Assembly: GCA_009602735.1 (NCBI GenBank)
Contig: WELA01003159.1
Span: 393,753 to 457,752 of the forward strand
Source of the DNA: Mesotaenium endlicherianum
Lineage: Eukaryota
Direction: 5' to 3'
DNA: 64,000 nt
Part shown: positions 34,331 through 47,149 of the stretch, piece after piece
Position numbering within the stretch: position 1 is the stretch's first letter
Layout of the letters: each line of letters begins with the position of its first letter
Made by a program: the position numbers and the translations under genes
Notes under the pieces: generated by a model
The model's database searches: none
Told to the model about the DNA's origin: nothing
The model's input: only the letters and a program-made list of their open reading frames with translations

Positions 34331-37300
34331 TTATGGAGGGACTCCAGCGGCCCGAAGGTGGAACCGTGTCAACGCCCCTTTGGCATTGGTCAAGTGGTCC
34401 TTAAACTCCCAAGTGTCCCCAGAGGCATCGTAACCCTTCCATCGAATGAGGTATTTCATGACATATTTAGACGATCGACGGACCGAGCGAGCGTCTAAAA
34501 TCTCATCGACCTCATATTCCTCAGGGTCGCCGTCCCGGACAGCGGGGACCGGTCCCGGTTGGACAGGGAACCGACCTGTGAACAGTGTATCACCTTTGAT
34601 GTACGGTTCCAGGAAGGAGACATTAAAGACCGGGTGCCCCTTGTATTCAGCTGACATGTTCAGTTTGTAAGCATTCTGACCGACACGACGGACCACCGAA
34701 TATGGACCGACCCAGACAGGGCCAAGCTTTTTCTTGACCACACCAGGGAGGTACAGGTGCTGAGAATGCAGTTTGACTAAATCCCCCTTGGAAAATGTCA
34801 GTTCCCGACGGTGTTGATTAGCGTATTTTTGTTGGTTTTCTTGGGCCGTGTGCAAGTTTCGTTGGACTTCTGACAGGGTGTCAGCAAACTCCTGAGTTAA
34901 CTGGAGGGAGACCGGGTTGTCAATCCCTTCAGGGTGAGTTAAAGATTCCCCTAGCACATCTAGAGGAGACTTAGGGACTCTACCCAGGCTGAGTTCAAAA
35001 GGAGTTTTGCCCGTTGACGCGTGCACCGCACTGTTGACCGCAAACTGAATTTGAGGCAACAGGTCATCCCAATTATCTTGTTTTTGGTTAATATATGCTC
35101 TCAGCACCTCCTGCAGAACTCGGTTAGTTCTTTCAGTCTGCCCATCAGTCTGAGGGTGGTTTGCTGTGCTGAGCAGCTGTTTGACTCCCATTAACCCCAT
35201 TAAAGCTCTCCAGAACTTAGAGGTGAATTTTGAGTCTCTGTCTGAGATGATATTAGAAGGGAGCCCATGTTGGCATACTACATGGTTGTAAAACTGTCTC
35301 GCTGTTTCGAGTGCAGTCACTTTGACAGTTGTGGGGATAAAAATGACCATTTTTGTCAGTTTATCCACGACTACCAGTATTGAATCATGCCCGTTGGCAG
35401 TTCTTGGTAGTGAGACCACCCAGTCCATGGATATAGTTTCCCAGCGTCCCGCTGGGATGGGTAGCGGTTGCAAGAGACCTCCGGGTGGTGTGTGCCGAGA
35501 CTTATTTCTCTGACACTGGTCACAGGACTTGACATATTTCAAGACCTCCCGGGGTAACCCCTCCCAATGATAATGTTTTGCCAGTTTGCCAACAGTTTTG
35601 GCCTGCCCCAAATGTCCACCCAGGAGACTGTCATGAGCTTGACTCAGTAAGAGAGACCTTATTTCCAAATTATTAGGAATGACCAGCTTCAGCCTGCCTG
35701 AAGTGGTTTCAGTCACCCAGACCCCTCCCTTGAGCTTATACCCGAGTGCGGTAGCACGACACATACCAGTAGTGGGGCTGGGCTCAAATGTTGGGTCAGA
35801 AAGGTAGGCTTTCCTAAGTTGTTCAAGGAAGGACTTTTTCACCTTTAGTGAAGTGAGTGCACACAGGACTTTATCTACAGCATGCTGACTAAAGTTCCTT
35901 TCTTGCAAGTCAGGTCTTCTAGAGAGTGCATCAGCAGGATTCAACTTCCCTGGTTTGTAGTCGATCTGGACTTGGAACTGCTCCAGCATCTGGCTCCAGC
36001 GGTTCTCCCTCCTCGACAGCTTGGACTTCTTCTGAAAGTGGGTCAGAGCTAGATGATCTGTAATCACCTTAAAAGCTTTACCATGTAAGTATGCTCTCCA
36101 CTGTTTGAGTACATGAATGATAGCTAGCAGCTCTTTATCATGCACTGAGTAATTAATCTCCGCTGGATTAAATTTCATAGACTCATACAACACAGGATGC
36201 CACTCCTGCCGTACCTTACCATCCTTTGTGGTTTTGTCAGCAGGCTGCAACAAAATAGCACCCATGGCAAAATCAGAGGCATCAGTAACCACCTGCACCG
36301 GTTTGCTGGGGTCATACACGGCTAGCACTGGGGCAGAACAAAGGGCATCTTTAAGGGTCTGGAAGGCAGCCTGCTGCTCTTCCCCCCACACATACCCGAT
36401 GTCTTTCTTAGTAAGGTCAGTCAGTTTACTGGCCTTTGTGGAATAATTCTCAATAAATCTCCTATAGTAGTTAGCCAACCCGAGGAAGGATCTAACTTCA
36501 GAGACAGACTGTGGTACTGGCCAGTCCCTTATGGTCTGGACTTTCTTAGGATCCACACTGATGCCCTCTTTACTGACAACGTGGCCTAAGAATTCAATAC
36601 TTTCCTTAAAGAAATCACACTTGCTCATTTTAGCATACAAGTGATTTTTCCGCAGAGTGTCCAGCACTTTCTTTAAGTGTTCAGTGTGCTGAGCTTCATC
36701 TTTAGAGAAAATTAAAATATCATCCAGGAAAACTTGCACAAACTTATCCAAATAAGGTCTGAAAATGTCATTCATAGCACCCATAAAGGTAGCAGGAGCA
36801 TTAGTCAGTCCAAATGGCATCACGTTGAACTCATAGTGTCCATAACGTGTGCGGAAAGCAGTCTTGTGTTCATCCCCCTCAGCAATTCTGATTTGATGAT
36901 AACCACTCTTGAGATCTATCTTACTGAACACCTTAGCGCCAGACAGGGTATCAAGCAAGTCCTCGATTCTGGGTAAAGCATACTTGTTCTTTACTGTAAT
37001 TCTGTTCAGGGCTCTGTAATCCACACACATCCGCATACTGCCATCCTTTTTCTTAACAAATAGGATAGGTGCGCCGTACGGTGATTTACTGGGAGAAATG
37101 TAACCATTTTCCTCCAGCTCTGCAATCTGTGTTTTCAACTCCTCACTCTCCAAATAAGACAAGCCATACGTGCGTTGCCAGGGTGGCTGGCTACCAGGTA
37201 ATAAATCAATCCTATGATCTACTTCCCGCTTAGGGGGTAGTCCTGGAGGCATATTAAACACATCCGTGTACTGAGCAACAATGTTTGCAGCAGTAGGGTG

Positions 37301-37897
37301 TTCCGGAGGGTGTACCTTTTTCTCAACCACTTCTTCAGGTTGAGGAGGTACCTCTCTTAGCAGCAGACAGAACATTCTGTCTTCCTTCTGGTTCCAGCTT
37401 TTGACGAACTCCATTGCATTCAGCAACTTGCATCCTTCTGGAAGCCTCTTCTTTTCCTTCATTTGCCATCCACACAGGACAAGAGGAAGAGCACTGGTGG
37501 GTGCCAAGTCAGTCTGCCCATCACTGGCTCCTCTCACTTTAACTGTACCTCTGCTCCGACACACTTCAGCTTGATGTCTATTAAGCCAGGACTTGCCTAG
37601 CACGAGATTATAAAAGCCAGTGTTGAGTACCTCAAATGTAGGCGTTTCAGTTAGAACTGCAATGCCATAACCTAACTGGACCTCAATAGGCTTGGTTATA
37701 ACTCCTCCCGGGATACTTGAGGCATCTCCAAGGAATATTTTCCTAATCCCTTGGGTGACAGTAGGCAGCCTTAGCCGCTTAAGTAAGTCCTTATGGATAA
37801 AAGTATGTGACGCCCCTCCGTCAACAAATGCCCTCACCTTCCTACCTGCAATCATGCAATGCAGTAGGATAGGGGGGACTTTTCCTGACTTTCGCAT
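34331..37897 (-). CDS. pol: Pol polyprotein: protease, RT, RNase H, integrase, chromodomain
   Basis: [24 protein letters not shown]35E core (SMDWV, ISDRD, QTER), GPY motif, and YEVDEILD...YLIRWKGY...DTWE. A 4-bp deletion at about 37880 disconnects it from the gag-pol frameshift. Confidence 0.95.
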   Translation of the reverse strand: MRKSGKVPPILLHCMIAGRKVRAFVDGGASHTFIHKDLLKRLRLPTVTQGIRKIFLGDASSIPGGVITKPIEVQLGYGIAVLTETPTFEVLNTGFYNLVLGKSWLNRHQAEVCRSRGTVKVRGASDGQTDLAPTSALPLVLCGWQMKEKKRLPEGCKLLNAMEFVKSWNQKEDRMFCLLLREVPPQPEEVVEKKVHPPEHPTAANIVAQYTDVFNMPPGLPPKREVDHRIDLLPGSQPPWQRTYGLSYLESEELKTQIAELEENGYISPSKSPYGAPILFVKKKDGSMRMCVDYRALNRITVKNKYALPRIEDLLDTLSGAKVFSKIDLKSGYHQIRIAEGDEHKTAFRTRYGHYEFNVMPFGLTNAPATFMGAMNDIFRPYLDKFVQVFLDDILIFSKDEAQHTEHLKKVLDTLRKNHLYAKMSKCDFFKESIEFLGHVVSKEGISVDPKKVQTIRDWPVPQSVSEVRSFLGLANYYRRFIENYSTKASKLTDLTKKDIGYVWGEEQQAAFQTLKDALCSAPVLAVYDPSKPVQVVTDASDFAMGAILLQPADKTTKDGKVRQEWHPVLYESMKFNPAEINYSVHDKELLAIIHVLKQWRAYLHGKAFKVITDHLALTHFQKKSKLSRRENRWSQMLEQFQVQIDYKPGKLNPADALSRRPDLQERNFSQHAVDKVLCALTSLKVKKSFLEQLRKAYLSDPTFEPSPTTGMCRATALGYKLKGGVWVTETTSGRLKLVIPNNLEIRSLLLSQAHDSLLGGHLGQAKTVGKLAKHYHWEGLPREVLKYVKSCDQCQRNKSRHTPPGGLLQPLPIPAGRWETISMDWVVSLPRTANGHDSILVVVDKLTKMVIFIPTTVKVTALETARQFYNHVVCQHGLPSNIISDRDSKFTSKFWRALMGLMGVKQLLSTANHPQTDGQTERTNRVLQEVLRAYINQKQDNWDDLLPQIQFAVNSAVHASTGKTPFELSLGRVPKSPLDVLGESLTHPEGIDNPVSLQLTQEFADTLSEVQRNLHTAQENQQKYANQHRRELTFSKGDLVKLHSQHLYLPGVVKKKLGPVWVGPYSVVRRVGQNAYKLNMSAEYKGHPVFNVSFLEPYIKGDTLFTGRFPVQPGPVPAVRDGDPEEYEVDEILDARSVRRSSKYVMKYLIRWKGYDASGDTWEFKDHLTNAKGALTRFHLRAAGVPP

Positions 37898-38111
37898 TGT
37901 TCTCCTGACTTAGCAAAGAAATGTTGGACATGAGGTGGAACAAGAGCATCCAGAATGTGCACTCTCTGGATGTCTATATTGCTGATGGTCTCCTTTATCT
38001 GGTTGTCAGGCATGCAGAGTGAATCCAATTCAGCAGGACCCATAATACCTGCTACGAGGGCAGCTAGTGACGACTCACTATCTCTAGCATCCTCACAGTG
38101 AGTAGACTGGA

Positions 38112-39589
38112 TTATTGACTGTTGCTGTCTTTTAAAGGCTGGTCTTTTCTCTCAACCTTTGGGAGGTGCTTGGCTGGACACTGCTCTCTGAAGTGACTCG
38201 TCTGCTGGCAATGGAAGCAAACAGATATTGGTGAGGCTGGTCTCGGCTTAGTCCTACCACCACCTCTTCCATAGCCGCCTCGAAAGAAACCACCTCTACC
38301 TTTAGACTGTATAGCATTATACTCATACTTATATTCATCACCCTGATCATCCTCAGCCTGGTCTCCTCCAATTGCATTGTAGGAACCGTGGGGCTTTTTG
38401 ACAATCTTAGACACCAAAGCATTACTCTAGCGCTTGTGATTGAACTGCTGCTGATCCCAGGCATCAGCATCTTGGATCAAGTAAGCCAGTTTTTCATACT
38501 TCTTCTCAGCCAAATAACCCGAGACTTCGGATCTCAAGCCATACCTGAAGTATGCTATCCTATACCGTTCTGGCAAGTCTGGCTGTTTCATCACGTTCTC
38601 CTGGAACTTTTGAGCAAACTCAGCAACTGCAGTGGTCTGCTTCAGTGTCAAGGAGATCATCGCATAGATAGCTTTCTCTTGCTGGTTGATGACATCAAAC
38701 TTCTCATGCAACTTCTCGACAAACTCTACCCACGTAGGGTCACCGAGTTGCTGAGATTTAAGCTCTTCTTTCCAGTAAAGCCACCAGTCTGCGGCACTGC
38801 CTTTCAGTAGGGCACCGGTGTGCCTGACCTTCTTGTAATCTTGCAGTTCTGGGTAGTTCTCCAGCCACTGCTCAACATCCGCGAGAAACTTGATCAGGTA
38901 ATATTTTCTGTTTCCCTCAGGATCATATTCCTGGGGAGGTTTCGGCTTGGGCTTACTAGGCCCTCGGCCACCACCACTAGTGGTGTGAGACCCCAGTTGG
39001 TCTCTGTCCCGGAGTAGGGACATTATGATTCTTTTGTCCTCCTGTTGGGACTGATACATGGTCGCCATTTGCGACTGGATCTGAACGAACAATGCTCCCA
39101 AGTCTACACTCTGGGGTGGTAGATTAGCAAATGCAGCAGCAGCATTGGCCTCTACTTGCTGAGTAGTGTCCTCAACAGTTCCTCTCGCTCCTGCAGCAGC
39201 AATTCCTGCCGCATTCAGCCGGTCACGTATTTGACCTAGGGGTTCATTGAGTTGTACAACAGGAGGTGGGTTCAGAAAATTGGCCCTTGATGCCATCAGT
39301 TCCTTGACAGTGCGCTCGTCAGCTGGCTGTCTTTCCTCCTTTCTGTATCTTCAGCGGCCTTTGCTACTTGTTCAGCTTCTAGCCTGGCTCTCTCCTCCTC
39401 AGCTTGCTGTGCTGCGACTGCGGCAATAGCAGCTGCCTCATCTGCAGCCTCCCTAGCTGCAGTATCTGCTACTGCTTCAAAATAGGTACGGGGTCCCGCT
39501 ACACAACTTTTTGCCTGGTTTTTGACATTCTCGTTATCCTGGTTCTCCATGTCTCGAGAGTTGCTAGTTTGAGACCTTGTCTCTACCAT
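38112..39589 (-). pseudogene. gag: Disrupted gag of element 2
   Basis: Colinear with gag 30016-31494 but split by a frameshift near 39335 and a TAG at 38427. Confidence 0.92.
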
Positions 39590-39623
39590 ACAAAGAAGAC
39601 TGTGATAAATAATACGATACCAC

Positions 39624-40328
39624 TGAAATGAATCGACTTACCACATATGCGGTTAACATTTAATGAAGATCTATATATCAGCAAATAATATCTATGGTAT
39701 TTTGCGTTAATTGGTTAAACGGCAAAGGACAACTCTAAAGCAGGGAATAATACTCGTAAGTCAAATGCGAGTACACTAGCATCAATAATGCAATCAGTAA
39801 ACTCACACATAAGCAAGGTTAGAAAACAGTGCGTATCAATGGCTTCTCGCCTTGGATTCAGATCTCTCTCAGTAAGCTGTACAAGAGAGTTGGCCTCGTT
39901 TCCGAATGCCGAACTCGAGAGCAATCCTAGCATATGTACATGGAATGAGTTTACTGTTCAACGGCCAGTGCAATGGCACCGCCTACCCGGGAGTTAACCA
40001 CGTTGGTAGGACCTCGGTTAACCAAATCCACCGCCATCTCCCATCATCTCGAATCGCCATCCATCCTAGGGATGTCATCTGGCCATTCATCTAGCATACC
40101 ACACTTAGATGCATATCGAGGCAGCTCGCTGCTACCGAGTACGGAAGTCAGTTGGCTGTCAAAGAATGTGTCAGCAAGCTGACTTAAGTTGACTTCAGCC
40201 TGCTGCTTCCGGCTGAGTCTTTAAACTGATATTTAATATGAAGTCCAGCAGACTGATTATTAACTAGAGTTCAGCAGGCTATTATATTTAAATGAATGTT
40301 ATATCTACCAATATACTGATTCATTACA
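39624..40328 (-). repeat. 5' LTR of element 2 (705 bp, diverged)
   Basis: Same termini and body as the other family-A LTRs, with a deletion in the AT-rich end. Confidence 0.93.
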
Positions 40329-43300
40329 CCAGAGCTTTCGCAGCTCGCTTTCCCAAGATTACTGTCTGTGCGCTAGTGTCCAATCGGATATTGGGAGCGG
40401 CCCAATTGTTGAACGTCAAAACTCTATCCTTGTTCTGCACTCTCACAGTGCTGAAATTAGTAGGCAGCGAAGCGCTGTTCGCGCCTTCCTCAGCTAGGTC
40501 CAGCTGCTGTCCGGCTTCTTCAACCGTGAAAGGATACGTAAGACGCAGATCTGCGAGTGAAAGACAAGGAATGTGCTGAATCCGGTGTTCCACCAGATCC
40601 TTCAGCTTCTCCAGCGAAAAACTAAATGTCTTGCGTGGCTCAGGCTTGGCTTGTCGTAGCTGCGCAATCTCGTTCTCATCGAGAGTGATCCGAAAGGTTT
40701 GAGGAAGCTTCCCAGCATTCCTTGGAACCAGATGGTCATGATCTGCGCGCTCCGCAGCCGTTGCAGCCACGGCCTCCTCAGGCGTCAGCTTCTCGCCTTT
40801 GCAGACGGTCTTTTTGGCCAAACCTGCATCATAATAGACATTAGGCACATTTAGTTTTGAAAATTGAGCTCTGCAATCTCTGCACTCATAGCATCATACT
40901 TCTGGTTACCATTTCGGTTACCTGAATTATCTTTCTCCTTTTTCTTACCCTTATCTGCCTCTTTCGTGGCAGCATTAGCCCATGGTGGCTTCAGATTTGG
41001 GTTCTTCGACCAACACTCATCTTCTGAGTGTCCCTTTGCTTCAATGTGCGCATACCTGCGCCTTGATAGCAGACAATTGCTTAGCATCCGGGTACGGACA
41101 ATCTCTCTTCTGATGTCTCGATTTCCCGCAATTCCAACAACCCTATGCTGTCTCAACAGTGTTGGCGTGCTTATTAAACCTATTGAAAGACCCGCTCTTC
41201 TTCTTAAACTGTGCATTAGAGTAATTATTCCACCTTTCTCTCAAGAGCCATAAGCGTCCTGGAAGCCTCTTTGTACCAGACTTTACCTTCCTCGACATTG
41301 CGTGCTATTTCAGCAGCCTTGTCGATGTTCCAGTCAATTCCGCGTCTCGCAGATTGGTGCGGCCTGACCTCCCGATCTGTGCCTTGACCCAAACACAATA
41401 AGAATTTGTCAGCCACAATCCTAGGCTCATAGATTCCTGCCTTCTTGGCAAGGTCTACCAATCTAGATTTGACCTCCATCACTGTCTCGTTCGTTTGACG
41501 GACAAAATGCACATAACGGTGCACCTTAAGACTGCGATCCTCTGGGAATTTTCCTTCAAGCAACTTAAAGAAACCACGCAGACAGTGCTCAGAGTCTAAC
41601 CGGTCATTCCCAGCCTCCATATCCTTACGACAACTAGCCAATGCTTGCGCATGGCTTGCTTCCGTGGTGGCACCATCACCATGCTGCCCTGTAAAAGGTG
41701 CAGCCCTGCGCGTTACTCGTTCCTGAGCATTAGCAATCTTTTCAGACAATTCTGCACACACTTTACGTAATTCAGCGACAGACCCAGCATCATCATCTCG
41801 AGTAGCCGCTCGTTGCTGACCCTCGGTGAGTTGCCTCATGGCATCTGTTAATTCTTGTGTTAGTGCAGCTAAGTCTACGCTCTCAACAGGTGCAACAGGT
41901 ATTGCTCTTCCTGATGACAAAGCGGACAGGCGGACTTTTGCAGCCTCTTTCTGGATTTTTAAATCCCTCGCCTTCTTTTGCTCGTCAAACGCCCATTCCT
42001 GGGTAAGGTTCTCATCCTTCCGGAATTGGCGATAAAGCAACAAGGCATCTTTGTCCAAGTACTGAACCAAGCTTATAAAAGCGACTGACTGAATGTAAGA
42101 AGAATCTTTTCGAATTCTCTCAAAGAAATCAGCCCAATAGATCTCATCAAACTCTTCGAAAGTGAGACTATTTCCACCGATTCGTCCACTAAAACACTTT
42201 GTAGACAGCTTGAACTTAGGATTTTCATCCTTATCATCACCAGTCATTTCGAATGGTGACCAAGACTCACTGACTTTACCCCACAGGTCGTGCTCTCTGC
42301 CCAAATTGGGTACAAAGGCTTGCACGTTATACGGATTCTCACTGTTCGTGGCAGTATGGCGAGACTCGTCTCCCGACGGTTGCTCACTCCACAGGTTATC
42401 CGTGCGCTCAGATGTCTCACTTCCTTCTGGACTTTGGCTTGAATCAGAACCTTCCGCAGGCTCCACACGGTAGTAAAGTCTTCCACTCCTCAACCGCATG
42501 TACAGTTGAATTTCTCCGGGTCCCCTTCCATGTTGAGCACCGGCAGCCCTCACAGGCCTCAATTCCCAATTTGCTTGGGATTTTCTATTCACCTGAATCA
42601 CAGAACCGAAGTTCTTAGAAGTAGGACGTAAGTCTCTTACTTCCACATAGGCTTTATGCCTTAAGGTTCTTGGGTTCACAGGTGAGCAAATTGTAGTTTG
42701 CAGAAATCACACTCTAAGCAGCTTGACATACAACGTCAGATTCAGAGAAATCGCCCTTCAGGCTTTTGCTTAACTTTCACAAAGTCGCAGCTTACAAAAC
42801 TCTGAAACTACACGTCTATGCTGGCCTGGGTCAAGCTCTTTACTTAACACCGCACCTTAACAGCTCTTCGCTGCCAGGCTAGGCTCACTCAGTTCTTCAC
42901 TGAGAGCTTTATCTGCCAATACTACCCTCTCTCTTCGAGATGCGAATGCGACTTCTGAGAACTTGGAAACTAACACACAACTCACCATTTTAAGGCTGCT
43001 TCACACACACTTGTGGCGTTCGACCGAATCTGTGCTAATCTCCTAGCAGATTCTATTCTGCAGTTCTCCTACTTTCAACAATGAGATTCCCTGTTGGGAA
43101 CTCCTACAACCCTAACTTATCTATGATACACTGAGAAGAATCTTTAGCATCGGCAGAAGCGTGGGGCCTCGGCTCTCCAATGGCCTTGGGAACTCCTCCT
43201 TTTTCTTCGCGCCCTTCTTCTCTGACCTTCTGCTCCTTCTGCTCCTTCTGCTTCTTGGCAAAAGTGCGTGAGAGAGAATGACATGTCTCAGGCAAGATTC

Positions 43301-43877
43301 GTGCCTTTCGCAGGCACCACACAGCGTCGTCTTTCGAGAATGCCGTGCTTAGTCACAAAGCTTAGCTGCATGTCGCTTCTGCCTAGCCATGCTCAACTCA
43401 AACCCGTAGTCACTCAGCATGCATGCACACCTCGTGCCTGTCGCGCATGGCTGCTTAGCTTCTCAGCTGGCAGTCTCGCCTAATTGGCTCATGGCTAAGA
43501 ACTCCTGAGCTGCGTGTACAAGCAAATGCCACTTGCTCAAGATTCCCAACCGGGCGGCCGTAACCCATCTTGACATTGCGGCCATGACCTGGCTTAATCT
43601 GCCAGTCACACAGTACCTGACTTGGTACCTGCCGGGCGGCTCATCACTGATCCCCAGCTTCTAGCCTCGCGGCTGCCTATGCTGTCAAAACCTCCCCCAT
43701 CCTTGGGTGTGGGGCACATTGACATTGACCCCTTGCCAGTGGTCTTGACGCCGACATAATCGCTGACTGCGACGTAATCAGTCAAGTGGTCGGTGAGTCA
43801 ACGTTGACTTTCCGTACTTGGGTGGCCGTAGCTTGCGCTGCGCGTGCGGCACCGTCAAACGGATAGTAGTCGCGACA
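40329..43877 (-). mobile_element. LTR retrotransposon family B, 5' part (putative LTR 42531-43877, PBS-like 42516-42530, gag-like ORFs), interrupted by family A
   Basis: TGTCGCGAC...CAACA followed by TGGAAGGGGACCCGG, then ATG 42499 (MRLRSGR). The non-coding part recurs at 56983 and 59068, starting at the same TG(T/C)CGCGACT. Confidence 0.7.
40851..42499 (-). pseudogene. Gag-like polyprotein of family B (frameshifted)
   Basis: RQTNETVMEVKSRLVDLAKKAG...DKFLLCL capsid-like motif and a degenerate knuckle GHSEDECWSKNP. Confidence 0.65.
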
Positions 43878-46311
43878 TTGCTGACACGTAGATTATTCCA
43901 CATTATTTTTCAACGACTAGAGGCGTTACCGCCCAATTTAGAATCCTTATTAAGCCGTATTGAACGGATGGATTTTGTCCCGAAAAGGATCATTAAGGTC
44001 TAACAAACGCTTAGTAACTTCATTCATTATTTCAGAAATCATTTTTCCTCGACACGTCGTGTCTTTCGCATTTCGTCATCTTTTGAAGTCTCATCGAGAC
44101 CACAACACTTGCCGGCATATCGCCTGCTTTGGCTACCCTGGGCTACCCTTCTCCTGGCTAAAGTCCGTCTATTGCGTCTGATTGCGTCAGTAAGCGGTTG
44201 CCTGGTCGAGCCGCCCGCTAAATCCCGCCCGGACTTCTGAGCTATACTAAGAATTGTATGGGTAGCAAGCTTTGGTGGGACTCACACTATACGCAGATGG
44301 TGGCTGCGGGGGATCCAGTTTGGGGTAATAAGAGGTTAGGACATTGGGTTGACGACTCCCTCTCCTGTGGTTCGAAATAGTGTTTGTTTCGGCAGGGGCA
44401 GGGGTTTTCTTGTTTAGACCCCCAGTGTGAGCAAGAAATTCTCCTACCGGGTCGGCCTCAGCGGGCTCCTGGCCCAGCAATGTCGCGACTCGCACTCATC
44501 ATTGAAGGAATATATGAGCAAACCACTGCAAACTGGTCAACGTGATCGAGGTGAAGTCGACATCCAACTTTATGGAATCAGACTAGAATGAGTCAAATCA
44601 CTCTGCTGACGACATTAAGAATCTTACGTTTTTTTCACGGCATTTCACGGTTCACCACGATATTTTTCGCCGCATCTCGGCGTGCGAAGACTTCCCATAC
44701 GGTTAGAGGGGTATACTTAGTACTATCATCTGGCTATCGTCATGCAAGGACGTCAGGCAGTTAAAAGCCGACGGACCACGGTGTTCATTTATCAGACTCG
44801 AGGTTGCCCGTGCTGACTTGGCCCAGGGGGGAGTCTAGCTACCTCCAGTGTTCGATTACTCGATTGTGTATACAATTTGACGAACTATCGCAAGGCCCAA
44901 AGTATCTGGAAGAAGCTAATGCAGCGATACATAAAACACCGTCAGGGGTTTGGACTCGGTTGTAAGAGATTGGAAGAGATATTGTTGTTCAAGTCAGGGG
45001 GTGTCGTTCAATGTCGAACATTTTGAGGACGCAGAGCACCCGTAATCACCACCGGTGGGCCGTGACCCACCCTACGACCCGTCTCTATCATCACTGGGCA
45101 TGCTGAGTAAGCAGATACAAATCGCCGCAGGTAACACAGGATCAGTAAGAAATACAGCAACCAGGACGAGCCTAAACATACCGAAGAATCGATGTCCACA
45201 AGTAGAAAATCATATGATTGCCTCCCTCTAACTGGGTACGTTCTTGGCACCAATGCTGTCGTAAGGTGCCTAGACTTTAGTATCTACTACCTACCATGTG
45301 CTATTTTTCCTAGAGCCAGCCATCGCGAAGTCTTGAGGGCGCCACATGTAGGGTCAACCTTGGATTGGACCAAATTCGTGGATATTGGAATTTGAAAAAT
45401 CTTTTGGCCGATGTTGATGGTTTCGGAGAATACCCGACAAGTTTGAAAGATTGTTTATAGCACTTCTGTTTTGTGAAAGTAAACATCCCATGATATTTCT
45501 TCATAGACAAGTTTTCAGCTCTAAAGACATAGACATATCTCACGATTATAAGGATCTTATAACAGCTTTGCATGTTCACTCGGGTTTGATATCAACCAAA
45601 ATACCGAATGTCATCAAGAAGGGGTCTGCTCAGGATTGCCAAGAATTGAAAATATATGGCTGATCACTAAATACGAAATATAGTAGCATCATGGCACCCG
45701 ACTGCACTCGACCTCCAACTTCAAAGCATAGACGGAGCAGTTGTCAATTATGTAAACCCCGGTTAGCACCTACAGAACGATCTTAGGAGGGCGGCTATTT
45801 TCCTTCTTAAACTCACTTCCAATCTAAAGAGTCACGATCTCCGGCGTTCACACGGAGAAATATTCTGTCATATGTGGAAACGTCAAAATGAGTTGCTGAA
45901 TCGGGACATTCTTGTAGGTCGAAAGATGAAGATTTCATCGATGAAGTTAGAAAGTACGTCGCTGCTCGTAACGGTTGTAGTCGTCGCTAAATAAGGGGAA
46001 ATAGCGACTAACAACAGAACACGTCAAATTTGTAGTCGGGAACCGGAACAAATGCGACGAGTGAAATCATAGTGTCCACTGTGTACTATACCATGCAGGT
46101 CTTTAAACCCGGTGACCGTGCGGCGTCGACCATCATGGATCCTGGAGGTGGAAGGCGTGTGACCACTAACACCAGAGCCATGTGTTCTGGAACTTACGGT
46201 TGTACGCGTGCAGGTACATCAAGTCGTGTACCCAGGACGGATGATAGTTAAATTGACGGTGTCTAAACACTAGTGCCTGACGTGGGAGTGAAAACGAGGA
46301 GTAGATGTGTC

Positions 46312-47149
46312 GGGCAGATTGAAAAATTACACTTACAAGTTCCCGAAATTACAAAATCTACCTAGTTTGAAAGAAATTGCAGAACTACACCCCGCGCATA
46401 TAAGCCTTGTCCACGTCGGCTCTACGCGAAATACTGACGTGTCTCACGAATTCGCACGAGACTCTTTCTGACACATCCCTGCTCCATTTCGCCACCAAAA
46501 TTTGCCACTCCTCTCTCAAGGGACCTACCAAACTTGCCCGGGACGCCAAAAAAGTGGCCCGCAAATTTTGGTGAAACCTATTATTGGTGCCCTTATTTTC
46601 TGAACCCGGTATGTTCACAAACTATTAACCTCGCATTCCCTGCTATTTCGCGTATGAACGAAGTTACATCAAGCTAATTGTAGCGGCTGCAGAAAAGGGG
46701 ATTGTTACTTATGGCTCATTTCCGTGGAGGTTCCTTGCTGTTCCTTGCGGTTAATTCCTTTGCTCCTTAATTTTAAGCAGTCGTACCAATCTTAAGTCTG
46801 GAGGCGCGGCGAACGGTTTATTTATGGGCCCATCAATCATTCACAGAGGGGAAAGAAGGAAGAAAGGTATGTAGCGAGAGGTTTGTTTATCCAAAATTTG
46901 GCGTCCCGGGCGAGTTTGGCTCGTGAAGGCAGGTCACTTGAAAGAGGAGTATGGCAAATTTTGGTGGCGAAATGGAGCAGGGGTGTGTCAGAAAGGGTCG
47001 CGTGCGAATTTGTGAGACACGTCAGTATATCAAGTAGAGCCGACGTGGACAAGGCTTACATGCGCGAGGTGTAGTTTTGTTATTATTTTGAAACTGGGGG
47101 TAGATTTTGTAATTTCAGGAACTTGTAGGTTTAGTTTTGCAATTTGCCC
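46312..47149. mobile_element. Non-autonomous long-TIR DNA transposon (Mutator-like MITE)
   Basis: About 240-260 bp imperfect TIRs (46312-46550 vs 46899-47149) with GGGCA...TGCCC ends. Flanking 9-mers AGATGTGTC / ATTTGTATC match at 6/9. Confidence 0.8.

Larger units (their letters stand above)
31529..40328 (-). mobile_element. Chromovirus family A, element 2, full-length structure LTR-gag-pol-ORF3-LTR (8.8 kb)
   Basis: 5' LTR 39624-40328, degenerate PBS, gag with a frameshift and a stop, 1188-codon pol ORF, extra ORF, PPT and 3' LTR. Confidence 0.95.
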
